Source: Camelus dromedarius (Eukaryota). Taken from it: a stretch of 64,000 bases of DNA. The position numbers and the translations under genes are program-made. Each line of letters begins with the position of its first letter. Within the stretch, counting starts at the first letter, position 1. The stretch is from assembly GCF_036321535.1 (NCBI RefSeq), contig NC_087437.1, positions 17,982,001 through 18,046,000 of the forward strand, given 5' to 3'. The notes under the pieces were generated by a model, which saw only the letters and a list, made by a program, of their open reading frames with translations, was not told the origin of the DNA and did not search any database. This document shows positions 47,201 to 60,032 of this stretch, piece after piece.

Positions 47201-50200
47201 AGAGAATCATTGTTCTTCTTCTCTTTTTAATTTAATATACCAAGCCACCCGTTCAGGTCATTTATATGCTTAATTTAGTGATAAAAGTCAATAAGCGCAA
47301 TCACAGGATTCTCCCATCTATTTCTTTTGACACATTTTTTCCCAGTTATTGGGAAAACAGTAAAAATATATATATCTATGTATATATACACCCTTGGTTT
47401 TTCTGCAGTTCAGTGCTATGTCTGCAATGCAAGTTAAATTTGTATGCTTTTATAATGTAATTTGGGTTTTTTTAAGAACATAAGGAAAAAATACACCTTT
47501 TATGCGATTTTTTTAATCTTGCTTGGGTTCGGTTTGCAGGATTACACACACTCCATATGTAGACACCAACTCTCAAAAACCAAATTCAGAAATTTCCTTG
47601 AAATGCCCGTTTTTATGATTCTAAACATCCCATGGGAAACCTATTGTGATGTTGTTATATCAGCAACAATTAAATGGACCAAAGCAATGCAATTAAGGCA
47701 GAAAAAAAGTAAACCGGTAGAATGGAAGAAATAAACAAGATTCTTTTCCATTAAGTATTGTTTTGGGATTTCTAATTTTTTTGAGACTTCTAAGAAAATT
47801 GTGAGGTGTCACTTCTCTCTTCTGAGTCTATCTGTAATTGAATCTAGGTCACTATTCTAAAGCAAGAAAAGTCTGCTTCCCACTTTCCTACATCAGGCTG
47901 AAATTTGGGGGAGGGACAAGGGTCCCGCAATTTCATTTAAAATGTAATGGTGGATGAACTGATAAGCAAATAGGAAAAAAGGGTCTGCTTAAAAGAAAAA
48001 AAAGGCATGGTTTTAATATGCTCCAGATGGGGGGGAAATGATTTACATGAGAGTTTATTTCCTCTTTGCTGATATGAAAGAATTACAGATACAAAACCCA
48101 CTGATCTATAGAATAAAAAAAGAAAAGAAATGTTATTTTCCTGTAAAGGTGTCAGTTCATTTATATTCATTTAACCATCCATCCATCAATTCACTTTCTC
48201 ACTCCTTGCACATTCTCTCTGGCTCTGTTAAATCTTCCCCTACCAATACACTTTGCTAGAATATGCAATGAAGTTTTCTTTCTTTAAAATAATGTGAGAG
48301 TGAGATGAAGTAGGTAAAGATGGGCTAAGAGGGAAGGTTTTGTTGTTGTTTTTAAATATCCCTGACAATTTAACATTATGGTTTTAGGGCAAAATTTTAA
48401 CCATAGTCACCTTTCATTCTTGCTGCAGTTTGAGTCTGAAAGATTGTATGCAGAGGATATGCAATTATTTTTCCATAAAATATGCATACAGTGGAAAGAT
48501 GTTTACCAGTTGAAAACCTTTCTGTAACATAGAAATGTACCAAAGGACGAATTCTTCTGTAGCATCAGATGTTGGGTCAGTAATGCATTGTTTTTATTAA
48601 AAATAGCTGTTATGGGTACGAACAAGTTCACATTTCCCTAAGGATTCCATGCTTGGTCAAGGTATGAGCAGCATCAAATCGTTCGTGTTCAAAGTTGCCA
48701 GGTCTAAATAATTACGTAGGAAAATTTGCATATATCAAGAAAGAAATGAGAGATGCTGTCGTCTGGGGGCTTCCAAGTGGAGGACAGAAGATTGCTTAAG
48801 AAAAGGTTTTACTTTGCTTGAACTGAAAGATGATGACAGGCACTTTCTCCACATTCACCCAAATAAAGGGGTAACATAGTGTCATCCCTGTTTTAATGTC
48901 ACCCCAGTAAATGACTGGAGATCCACAGACCTAAGCAAAGGACAGGACCAACCATCAACATCTGATGATGGTTTTCACAGCTAAGAAAAACAGCGAATGC
49001 ATTCCCACAGGAGGAAGCTTCTCTAGACTGAAGACTAATTCTTCCATTCTTTTTTTTTTTTTTCTTCCTTTTTCATTCCTTCTCCTCCACTTCCTCCTCC
49101 TTCTCATGTTTAGTTTTCCTTTTTAATAATGTGAACACTACTATTAGATCAGAAATTTCCTTTCTACATTATCAGCATCATTCTTCATCATGTCGGTTTC
49201 TTCCTAGTCTCACATCCTTCCACTGTGGTAATGCATTCTCTCTTCCCTAATGTTCAATCAAACAATCCGAATATGAGGCAAAAGGAGTAACAGCTTGGCC
49301 AGAAGTTGAAATATCTTATGTGTATTTCTTACCTCAAACTCCGTAGATTCAGTTGAATGCTTATGATAAAGTCAGCTAGATGAGATGACACCTTTAAGAC
49401 ATTTAAATTTTTTTCCTTATCTTTTACATCGTGGGTTCTCTGGAATGTTTGTTAAGACTTACACTTAGTAGGAAGGATCCATTTGCTTTGAATTCTCTTT
49501 GAGGAGGGAACTGACAAGAAAAAAGCTGAAGGCCTGAAGCTGTGTCATCTGTAGAACAGGTGAGCTGAACTTTTCTTGGTCCAAATATACTCTTGGTTTA
49601 CAATGAGCCATTTACATATGTGTGTAAATCAGTCACACTCTGAGTTAAAATGAGCGCAAACAAGGTGTAAATAAAAATGTCTCCCTACCTACTACTGCAG
49701 CATCTCCAGCTGACACCTGGGGTTCAGACCCACTTTGTTACCACTGGTTTGGTGAAATTCAGAGTGTATCACACAACTAACTGTAGCAGCCTTAACTCCA
49801 ACTTGTTACATAGAGAGGATTAGAATCAGAGGGAGGTCAATCAGCTGTCAAATTAACAACCTTAGCTCCCTCTGCAGATGGTCAGAGTTGCTCCGACATT
49901 TCTTGAAAACACATTTTATAATAAACAGGTAAAATGAGTGATCATGGAGGGGGGGTTGGATTTTTTTGTTTTTTGTATTTTAGGAAGAGAAATTGCATCA
50001 GCAAATCTGAAGCCACACCTGTGATTAGGTCTCTCTCTCTGTCACAGCCTCATCCTTCTGCAGGTGGCCTCTTCTAGAACTCTCAGGGCATGCCAAGACT
50101 GCCTGCCTCTGAGGGCAGCTTCCTGCTCTCCCATGCCAACTCTCAGAGGATACTCTACAGGGACATGTCATTCTTGTTTTCCTTTTTTTTTTTTTTTTTT

Positions 50201-51359
50201 TAATGGAAACAGAAATTAGATTATCTCCTCCACTGTTCACTGTTGTGTAATATGATGGGCATCTGAATTATCAAACCCACTGAGAGAAGGCAGCTTCATC
50301 CCCTATGAGACAATCTGGAGGAAAACAGGTAAATTTGGTTTGTGACAAACTGTTGCCAAAAAGAAAATTGCCATTATGATTTCACTCTTCTTACTTGGGA
50401 AAGGCTCAAAAGTAGAATAGAGTCAGAAAGAGAAAAAAAAAATTCTTTGGAATGAGACCAAAAGAGATTTGTATTAATTTCTATCTTCTGGTCATCCTCT
50501 GAGTTTCAACTAGATGTCAAAACAGGATTCCTTTGTCAATATGGAGGAAAGGCTTTGATTCATGAATGCCTTGGTCAACCCCTATGGTTCAAATTCCTGA
50601 ATGGGCCCCTAATCACCACCACCCAGGGGAACCCACAGCCTGTAAGTGAAGGCTCCACATCACTGTCAATAAAACAGGACTGCTATGCCACTGCCTATTA
50701 GTCCTAATAATGGGGCTTTGGATGGTATCAATTCACTCATAAACTCTTTCTCTTGATGAGGGAGGGCAGCATCCAATGTTCTGACTATCTTACTAGGAGA
50801 AATCCATGATACTGAAAGACACAAAGCCTGGAGTATGATCAGACAAGTCTCAAAGACCCGCAGAGCCCAGTGGAGCTGTTGCCTGGCATGGACACCAAAG
50901 TCTGAGCACCAAGCCTCAGATCATCCATTTACTGAAGTCCCTGGCTTACACGCAGACAGAGAAGTCATGAAATTCGTGTTTTATTCCAAGGGGCATTGAC
51001 TGTGCCTGGATTGGTGGGTAAGACAGTCTATTGAATTCAAATGAGTAAGATTTTTATCACTGAATTCAATGATGGAGAGAAAAGCCAACATTGTCAGCTG
51101 TTTAGGTACCATCTCAGTGAGTAAATTAAATGAGATGATTTTTCCTTTGAGTAAGATGTGTTTTAGGGATGTGGTTTAATTGATTGTATTTCTTTCCAGG
51201 ACTCTGAAGATTTGCCTTCATCATCCCTGGGGAGATGTCCTCTGTTTGCAATGAGAGAGGACCACGGTCGTTTATTAGATGGATGTGAATTGAGAACTCT
51301 GGGCAAAGAAGCACATGAGGTGCCTTAGATACTCTGTATTTTAAGTTCTTCCCAAAGCA

Positions 51360-51470
51360 CCAGGAGGTAGGTACTGCTATTATTATTGAGAAATGGGGCC
51401 ATGAGAATAAGAGGAAACTGAGGCTCAGAGACATTCAGCAACTCGCCCGAGGGCTATGGCCCTCACAATA
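51360..51470 (-). mobile_element. MIR fragment
   Basis: gaggaaactgaggctcagaga. Confidence 0.65.
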
Positions 51471-53808
51471 GAACTTCTATACCATTACTCCCTGTCTGCC
51501 CACTACTACCTACAAAAGCAAGGGCTCATTAGAGGTGGTAAAGGAGAGAGCAGAGGATCCATGGAATTCATAGCTGGGGACAAGACCAAGGAAGATGAGA
51601 AAATGTAGAGTTTCGGGGTAAAGTGGAAGAGCTGCAAAGCTTTCTCTTTCTCAGATGGATGAAAAGAATATGCAGAATCCAATGAAGCCACATCTCCTGT
51701 CACTGTGGATGGAACCCTCTTACTAGTTGGGCCCACCAGCTTCAACCTTGTTGGCCCAAGTCTCACTAGTTGCTTCTAAGTCTTGCGGACACATACAGAG
51801 CCAGGGACCAGGACATCACCAAGCAAATCTGGAATCATCCTAGATTTAGATCTAGGGGCATATACACAGACAGATTTCCTGCAGAGTCAACCGGTTGAGT
51901 CCCTAGTCTCTTCCAGACTAATTTCATGATGCTCACTTCAGAGGGCCCTCCTGGACCAGGGAGCTTGGCAATGGAAGGTATCGTGTGTTGAGAAGGGAAA
52001 GAAGAAATATTTCCCCAAATCCTTTTTCTCACTCTCTGGCTTCTAGTCAGGTTTAGTAAAGCTGTCAGCCTTCTCATGCCCCTGAATTCCTTAGCCCGAT
52101 TCTTTCAATCTGTCCAAGCTTCTGTGTCTTTAATGTGAGAACCCTGTTTTTTGTCTTGTTCATCCTGTATTGAGCTCTTGCATATCAATCGTGGTACACC
52201 AAGTGGTTTTGCATTTCCCTGCTAAGAATAGTTTGCACTGGTCACATCTTGGTGGGATGATCAAAGTGTTCCATAAACAAAAAGTTACTTATCACAATAC
52301 TGATATTTCAGGAAATTTCGGGACAGTCCAAAAGCCTCTTAGTGGCCCAGACCCTTCTTTGGGCATAACATTTACAGAACTGCTCAGAAATATGCTCATT
52401 TACTCCTTCCTTTTCTAAGGTTTAGAATCGCATCCCCGGTTGCAATACAAATGATTCCTAACAAGTCATGTGAAAAATGAATGTATGAAACCACAGGGTG
52501 GAGTCTGTGGAGAACTAAGAAGCAGAAGCTTGTGAGCAAGAGGTGATTATTTTATCAAAATTTAAAAGGAGGTTTGAAATGCTCTTGGTCTTACTAAGAC
52601 TTTTATTTGTGAAGTGCTGTGGATGACATGGGCACTTGTGCAAATTGCAGTTTTGGACCTAAGGACTGCAGACCAGGGACTGGGTGTGTGGGGCACACAG
52701 TTACATTGGAGAGTGAGGGCGCAGAAGAGGGGGTGCCCTGGAGAGCAATTAAAGACAAGGCTGAGTCCCGGTCCTGGTCTCTGCCTTTCGGTAAGGGACA
52801 GAAGGTCAAGGCTGGCCTTCTTTCTACTATCACCTTAGCAATTTAGGTTACATCCATCTATAATCTTTATATACTTTATATTTACACTATATGTATATTT
52901 TATAATTTTCTTTAGGTTGACTCACTTTTCCACTTTAGCCTCATCCTACACAATAATTACATGAATCATGAGATTTTATTTTCCAGTATTTTTTTGGTCA
53001 AATGAACTGAAATTAGAAATTTCCCCTGTAACAATCGTACTATCTCAAGTCACACACTGGGAGCAACACTGATCTCAAGGGCTCACTTCACCATGGGGGG
53101 AAAATAAAGAAAGATCAGAGGGGTGAAGTGATTTCTCCAAAGTCACACAGCCTGACAACAGGAAAGGGTAGTCTATAGCCCAAGCCTTTTAGATCTTGGC
53201 CCCACATAACTTTCCTTCTATTTGTCTCATTTTTCTCAGAGGCTAAAAGGCAGGTAGCCCTTTCTCTAGGGGAAGGAGGGTATGAAGAGCCTCCTGGTTC
53301 TTTCAAGTTTTTGATGCTTTCTTGCTGGTGCTAAGCCTTATTTTCTCACTCAGGATGTCTTCAGCCTACTAATTACACTGTATAAAACCTAACACGTGTC
53401 CACTGCAATTAGGGGAAAGAAGAGGGGCTCTGTGGGAGGGAGGATCACAATCGGCTATGAGAGCCAGGAGCCACCCATCCTCTAAGAAGGTCAGCTGGAC
53501 AGGAGATGACAGGACAGGAGGGGGAAGGCCACCAAACACAAGCAGCCCAGTGGTGGCCCCCTCCAGCGTCTTTGTGCTGCGGACAGACGCAGCAAGTTGA
53601 GAAATGCAGTCTCTTCCTAAGTTATCAGGGCCCCAGGGCTGTGCACAGCCCCACCTGACTTACCCCAGAGATTTATTTTAACTTGGAGCACCTAGTGGCC
53701 CAAGAGGCTTGAATTCTTCATCTGTGGCCTTGCAAAGTCCGTGGTTGTTTCCAAAATGAGGTGGCCTTGTATTTGGCACTCCCAGCACAGATTTCAAAGT
53801 AGCCTTAA

Positions 53809-53816
<8 letters not shown>

Positions 53817-53862
<46 letters not shown>

Positions 53863-53874
53863 AGGAAAAAAAAA
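53817..53874. repeat. Poly-A / A-rich tract
   Basis: Directly visible. Confidence 0.9.
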
Positions 53875-54469
53875 GCCAGTGATGCAGTTTAACCCCACCG
53901 AAGAAGAAAGCTCCCAACTAATCGAGTATTTTGTTGCAGACTGGTTTTCTTTATTTGTTTACTTAAGGGTGTGACATCTTCTCACAAACTATTTGTTTTC
54001 CTCTGGCCACATCTCTCACTGGGAACTATTCAGTAGCTCTACACCTCGTGCGGGGCGACGCTGCTGTTAGGAAGGTGGGTAACGCATCCCAGCTCACTCT
54101 CCCTTGCCGTGCAGTTAACCCCCCACAACCTGTCTATAGGTATTGTCTCTAATTTTGCAGAAGACACCGGAGCTTTGAGAAGTTAAATGACTTCCCTGAG
54201 GTCACAAAGCCACTAGGAAGAGGCCCGGAAACTCAGATCTCTTCCCTCCCACGTTGGGTCCTTGCTCTCACCCTCTCAGCCATCTCCACCTGCCTCGTCC
54301 GCTGCATCTCTGATCTTCCTTCCTCAAGTCAACACACTCTTTCCCCGGAGTCCTCGGGGCCTTCATCAGTCACCTCTGCAGCGACAACTAACTCCTTAGG
54401 ACTCTTCTGCCTTGGGTTTGTTTTGTTCTTTGTGTCTTTTTCGGGCCCCACATGGTCATTTTGATTGAT

Positions 54470-54695
54470 CACTTGGGTGTTGGAGTCAGACCCTCGAGAC
54501 TCGAACCCTCACTCTGCTGCTTGTTAGCTGCCCAACCTCTCTGGGTCTCAATTTCCTCATCTGCAGAATGGACATAGAAATAGCACTAATCTCACAGGAT
54601 TGTTTTGAAGGCTGAAAAACATTATGGTTGTAAAATGCTTAGTACCATACCACACACTTAATAAGTATTCGTTATAATTTTGGACTCACTATTTA
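54470..54695 (+). mobile_element. MIR SINE
   Basis: tggagtcagac...ctctctgggtctcaatttcctcatctgcagaatgg...gtaaaatgcttag. Confidence 0.85.
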
Positions 54696-55479
54696 TTTTC
54701 TTTCACTTTAAAAAAAATCCCTTTCCCCATGTACTTTTTATAATGAATGAGGATACCAGCTTAGGGTCTGTTCTGGCCATCTTTTCAAAGTAGTGTCATA
54801 CTTTTTCTTTTTAAAAATGACACAGAGAGAATCTCCAGCCTCTTTTCCCTTCCCACGTGGCTACAGTTTACCCATCACTCTACAAGTTATTTCTTTTCTT
54901 TATAGCACAATTAGGAGTGCGAACATCTTTCAAGAATGTTTTAATGGACAAATCTCGTATGCTTCCTCCTAGTTAAACTGAAAAGAAAAAAAAAAAATCT
55001 CTCCTGTTACAGACACATGGGCCTTTGCTAGTCAGGAGTTGTAACCAGAGGGCGGGAGGTAGGTGGGATTTCAGTGGGTTTCTCAGCTCCCAGGTCAGAG
55101 AAAACTCCTGTTCTCAGATCTAGCCTCTCCCTGCCTCCTGTCTCAACACAGTCCCCTTAAGTAGCTGCATCCCTTAAGGCCCCACCCCTCCTTCTGTGGT
55201 CTCAGAGATGTCTTTCCCAGAGCCAGCCTCTGTTAGCCACCCCCTGGGAACCTAGTTCTTCTTTCCCCACTGCAGTCTCCCCTCCCCTCTCTCCACCTCT
55301 TACCCTGGCTTCCCCCTCTGTCCTTCCCTCTACATCTTTATTCATTCAACCACAGTCCTGGAGTGCTAGTCACATTCAAGTGCTTTTTGGCACTAAGGAA
55401 TCGGAGGGGGATGAGGCCAACCCTTGGAGGCTACTCTCTTTCCTTCAGCGATGGAAGTGAATGTTCTGAAATTACTTGT

Positions 55480-55718
55480 ACTTTATTTAGCTCTGTCTAG
55501 TTTTCTGCCACTTACTACCTCCATCGCTATGGGCTACTCACTGTACCTTCCAGGGTGGGTTTATTCATCAGTTAAAAAGGAGATTAAAATAGCAATCCCA
55601 CCACCTTGCCACAGATGTGTTATCAGGATTAAAGGAGATAACATGCAGGGTGCCCAGCCTGGTTCCTGGCACACACTACATGCCCAGGAAATGTCAGGAC
55701 TGTCATATATTATTATTA
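55480..55718 (+). mobile_element. MIR SINE (diverged)
   Basis: ctgccacttacta...gttatcaggattaaaggagataac...cctggcaca. Confidence 0.65.
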
Positions 55719-55829
55719 AACTGTATCTACATGGCAGAAACCAATGGGGTGGACTACTTCATTCGTCCAAACTTTTTCTTCTCTTTTGTCCTTTCCCACA
55801 ATATTTAAGTAGAAAATTCTGTATATATT

Positions 55830-56144
55830 TTTTTGTTTTCATATTCTTTTTCATTAAAGATTATTGAAAGATATTGACTATAGTTCCCTTGCTATACAGA
55901 AGAAATTCGTTTTTTAAATCTATTTTTATATATACTGGCTAACATTTGTAAATCTCAGACTCCCAAATTTATCCCTTCCCACCTGCTTTCTCCCGGTAAC
56001 CATAAGATTGTTTACTATGAGAGTCTGTTTCTGTTTTGTAGATGAGTTCATTAGCTTCTTTCTTTTTCTTTCTTTCTTTCTTTTCTTTCTTTCTTTCTTT
56101 TCTTTCTTTTCTTTTCTTTTCTTTTCTTTTCTTTTCTTTTCTTC

Positions 56145-56175
<31 letters not shown>

Positions 56176-56908
56176 TTTTAGATTCTACATATAAGTGATA
56201 TCATACGGTATTTTTTTTTCTCTCTCTGGCTTACTTCACTTAGAATGATGATCTCTAGGTCCACCCATGTTGCTGCAAAGGGCATTATTTTAGGCTTTTT
56301 TATGGCTGAGTAGTATTCTGTTGTATAAATATACTACAACATCTTTATTCAGTCATCTGTCAATGGACAGACATTTAGGTTGCTTCCATGTCTTGACTAT
56401 TGTGTATAGTGCTGCTATCAACATTGGGGTGCATGTATCTTTTCGAATTAGAGTTCCTTCTGGATATGTGCCCATGAGTGGGATTGCTGGATCATGTGGT
56501 AAGTCTGTTTTTAGTTTTTTGAGGAATCTCATATTTTTTTCCATAATGGTTGCACCAAACTACATTCCCACCAACAGTGTAAGAGGGTTCCCTTTTCCCC
56601 ACAGCATTTATCATTTGTGAACTTTTTAATGATGTCTATTCTGACTGATGTGAGGTGCTACCCCATTATAGTTTTGATTTGCATTTCTCTGATAATTAGT
56701 AATACTGAGCATTTTTTCATGTGCCTGTTGGCCATTTGTATGTCTTCACTGGAGAATTGCTTGTTTAGGTCTTCTGCCCATTTTTGGATTGGATTTTGTT
56801 GTTGTTGTTATTATTAAGTTGTATGAACTCTTTATATATTCTGGAAATTAAACCTTTGTCAGCCTTATCATTTGCAAATATTTTCCCCATTCTATAGGCT
56901 GTCATTTG
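55830..56908 (-). mobile_element. Relatively young, 5'-truncated L1 (artiodactyl/camelid-type 3'UTR)
   Basis: Minus ORF 56353-56544 ([22 protein letters not shown]...DTCTPMLIAALYTIVKTWKQPKC) is the L1 ORF2p C-terminus; the 3'UTR contains an expanded T/C microsatellite. Confidence 0.92.
56055..56179. repeat. (CTTT)n/(CTTTT)n polypyrimidine microsatellite inside the L1 3'UTR
   Basis: Directly visible. Confidence 0.95.
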
Positions 56909-57473
56909 TGTTTAAGTCGATTATCTAATCATTGTTTCTGTACAGTCTAGATTCACTTGATAATCTCTCCATGTTTCTGAGTAGACAGTGAAATGTCAGA
57001 ATAATAAACAGAAGAAGAGGGGTTGGTCTACACCTTCAGGGTCAGCAAAGAGTTTCAACTCAGATAGGATGAGGAAAGAGTAGATAAGAACTTACTAAAT
57101 TCTAAAGCTCTGGTCTGTGTGTGCTTGGAGTTTTAGAATTTCAGAACTGAGAGAAACTTCTGAGAGCTTTGAGGTCAGCCTTCATATAAAAAAAAAAGGA
57201 CCAAGGAGGTCATGGTGCCATGGTCAAGGTCACATGGGGAGGCCATAGCAGGGCAAGGCCTTTTGATGCTTATCCTTACCTGAGCTCTACTTCATTATGT
57301 GACCACGATAATCGATGAAAACAATGAAAAAAATATAGTCCATTATTTGAGCTTTTTTGACACTGAATAATTTTTTGGTACTTGTACATGTATGGAGGAC
57401 TCCAATGCAATGGTCTATGGGCTTCTGGGATGGACAAGCAGATATAAACTCTTCTGATAATGAGCATTCTTCC

Positions 57474-57578
57474 TATTTATTTATTTTTTTTTTTAGGATA
57501 ATGGCAGTATTGGGGATTGAACCCAGGACCTCATGCATGCTAAGCATGCACTTTACCACTGAGCTATACCCTCCTCCC
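57474..57578 (-). mobile_element. tRNA-Ala-derived SINE (camelid Vic-1-like)
   Basis: The reverse complement reads gggaggagggtatagctcagtggtaaagtgcatgcttagcatgcatgaggtcctgggttcaatccccaatac followed by an A-rich tail, with Pol III A and B boxes. Confidence 0.88.
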
Positions 57579-58139
57579 ATTTTTTTTCCTGCTACTAATA
57601 GCTCAGAACCCTACCTGCCGGCCTCTTGGACTGCTCTGTGCCAGGTGCTTTATGTCTGTCCCCTCATCTCATCCTCAATCTACTCTTCAGTATTCTGCCT
57701 TGAGGAAATTGAAGCTGAAGGAGGCAAATATGCCCACGATCCTAGCAGACTCAGGTTGGTACTGAGATCTGCATGTCTTCAGACAGCATGTGATTTTCCC
57801 TATGTTCTGGTATTTAATTCATGCTCAGAATGGACTCCTTGAGAAAGTGACAAAAAGAGAGATACAGCATGTGGAGGAAAAAATCCAGAGGGAGAGGATG
57901 AGGAATTTCTGGAGAACCGATCCGAGTGGCCTTCCTGGAAGAAGTAAGTCAGTGAAGAATTGAGGGGAAGTGTGTTGGAGGGAGGGGGGGTGACAATAAC
58001 AAGAGAAGTCCTGTTTATAAATGGGTTTTCTCATCTTCGGGTTTTTGTGCCAAATAACAGTGATAACGTTTGTTGTCTTTATTTGTATTTTAAGAATATA
58101 AAATAAGGCAAGACTGGCTTTTCCACTCAGCATAATTTC

Positions 58140-58375
58140 TTTTATTTATACAACATTCTCAAAAAGGCAAAAGTATAGTTGCTAAGGGTCAAGGGTAGGG
58201 GGAGGTGTGGATAATAAAGTAGCAACACGGGACACTTTTGAGTGGTGGGACTGTTCTGTGCCCTGATGGTGGGGGACACCCACTTATAGCTTGTTAACAT
58301 GCACAGAGCTGTCCTCAAAAAAGGCCATTGTACAGTATGTTCCAAATGAAAGTAAATCAAAATGTTATAAAAACA
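58140..58375 (+). mobile_element. Old L1 (L1MC/ME) 3' end
   Basis: cattctcaaaaaggcaaaagtatag...ggtgggactgttctgtgccctgatggtggg. Confidence 0.7.
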
Positions 58376-59544
58376 AAGCACAGATACCCACTGAAGAACG
58401 CTTGGGTTGTGTTCACCAGGATACAAAGGGATGTAGTTAAATTGGTCCATTCTTTGGTCTGTCATCCAAGGCCTCTCACTGTACAGCTGATGTCCAGCTG
58501 ACGGCTGACCTGCCTATGGTACCAGCTGGGGGCAAGGGCTCTGCTCCTTGTAAGTCCAGCCTCCAACTCCTCCATGGGCTCCGTTTTTCCATCTGAGCCT
58601 GTAGGAATTGAAGTGGGAAGGGTGAAAGGGGAAATCACATTTAGGTAGGCTGTGCCTCTTGCTAACGATGTATGGTTTTCACAAGAAGCCTCTGTCACCA
58701 CAGAGTACGCATAACATTTCCCCTAAACCTATTATCTTAGGAAATTAAGTACAAGTAAAGAGATCCTCTACAGCAGAATGTTACTGTAAAGTAGCACTAA
58801 ACCCTCTTGCAACTATAATAGCAACCAATACCGTTTACCGAGTGCCTACTCAAGGGATCAGGAATTTTCTCTCCAAGCATTGTCTCATTTATTTCTCACA
58901 ACCACCCCTCAAGGAAGCAAAACCATTGCTCACACGAGGAAATGAAGGCTCAGAGAGGTGGAACCACCTGCATGAGGTCACAAGATCCCTGGGCTTTTCA
59001 TCCTGGCCTCAGACCCCAGAGCTGGTGTCTTTCTTCTGAGTTCCAATGGTCACTTCAGCTGGGGCCACTCAGTCCTCCTGCGGAGCCAGCCCTGCCCCAC
59101 CTCTCCTCCTTCTCCTCAGTCCCCCAACCGGCAACCTCATTTCCCACACTGCCTAGTTAGTCTCCTCTATCCTAAATCTGTCCCCACTCTCACCCATCCC
59201 CTTAGGAGATTTGTCCCCGTATTGAATCCATCAATTCCCAGTCCTCCCTTCCTTCCCTGCTGTGCTCTGGGCACCAGTAGCTTGGAAACAGAGAAGAAAC
59301 ACACAAAGGCAGAAGAGATGCTCTCCTGGAACTTACTCCACGTGGTCCTCCATGCTTGTCCTTACCGACCTTGTTATAAATGGCGGTGAAGTTTTACAGA
59401 CTATTGGTTTGGAATCAGAGACTATCATCACTCTCTTTTTATTCATAGGTATGAATATTGGAGGGAAACTCAGCCCTTATCCTGTCCAAGCTCTAGGGAT
59501 TGCAGAGACTCTTGTGGGCTGACCTAGGAATCTAAACACGCAGA

Positions 59545-60032
59545 TCTGTGGCCTCAAAGTGTGTGCATCCATGTCATCCAGGATCTTGTTAGAAATGCAA
59601 ATTCTCAGGCTCCGCCAAGATTTACTGAGTCAGAAACTCTGGAGGTGGAGCCCAGCAATCTGGGTTTCAACAAGGCCTCCAGCTGATTCTGAAGCACTTG
59701 AAAGCTGGGCACCTACTGATCGAGACCAGTGCTTCTCACACTTAAATGTGCGTAAAAAATCACTTGAAGATACATTTGCCAGATTTAGCAAATATTTTCT
59801 ATTTTATACGTAGATTTATGGGACATACTTACAGTACAGAATTTTTCATCATTTATCTGAAACTGAAATTTAATTGGGCATCCTGTATTTTATCTGGGAA
59901 CTCTACCTGAGTATTTTTAAAGGGCAGCTTGCGATTCAGTGGATCTGAGGCAAAGCCCAAGATCCTGCATTTCTAACAAGCTCCCAGGTGATGCCAGAGT
60001 TGTCAAACTACACTGATAGCCAGGATCTAGAG
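59545..60032. mobile_element. hAT cluster: MER5A-like, then a MER5-like element interrupted by MER53 (about 59775-59905)
   Basis: cttgttagaaatgcaaattctcagg...tcagaaactctgg; tgggacatactta...ttatctgaaactgaaatttaattgggcatcctgtattttatctgg (MER53); tgcatttctaacaagctcccaggtgatgc. Confidence 0.8.

Noticed and set aside
53817..53874. Processed pseudogene tail
   Set aside because: No upstream ORF, poly(A) signal or TSD could be identified; treated as a simple A-rich tract.
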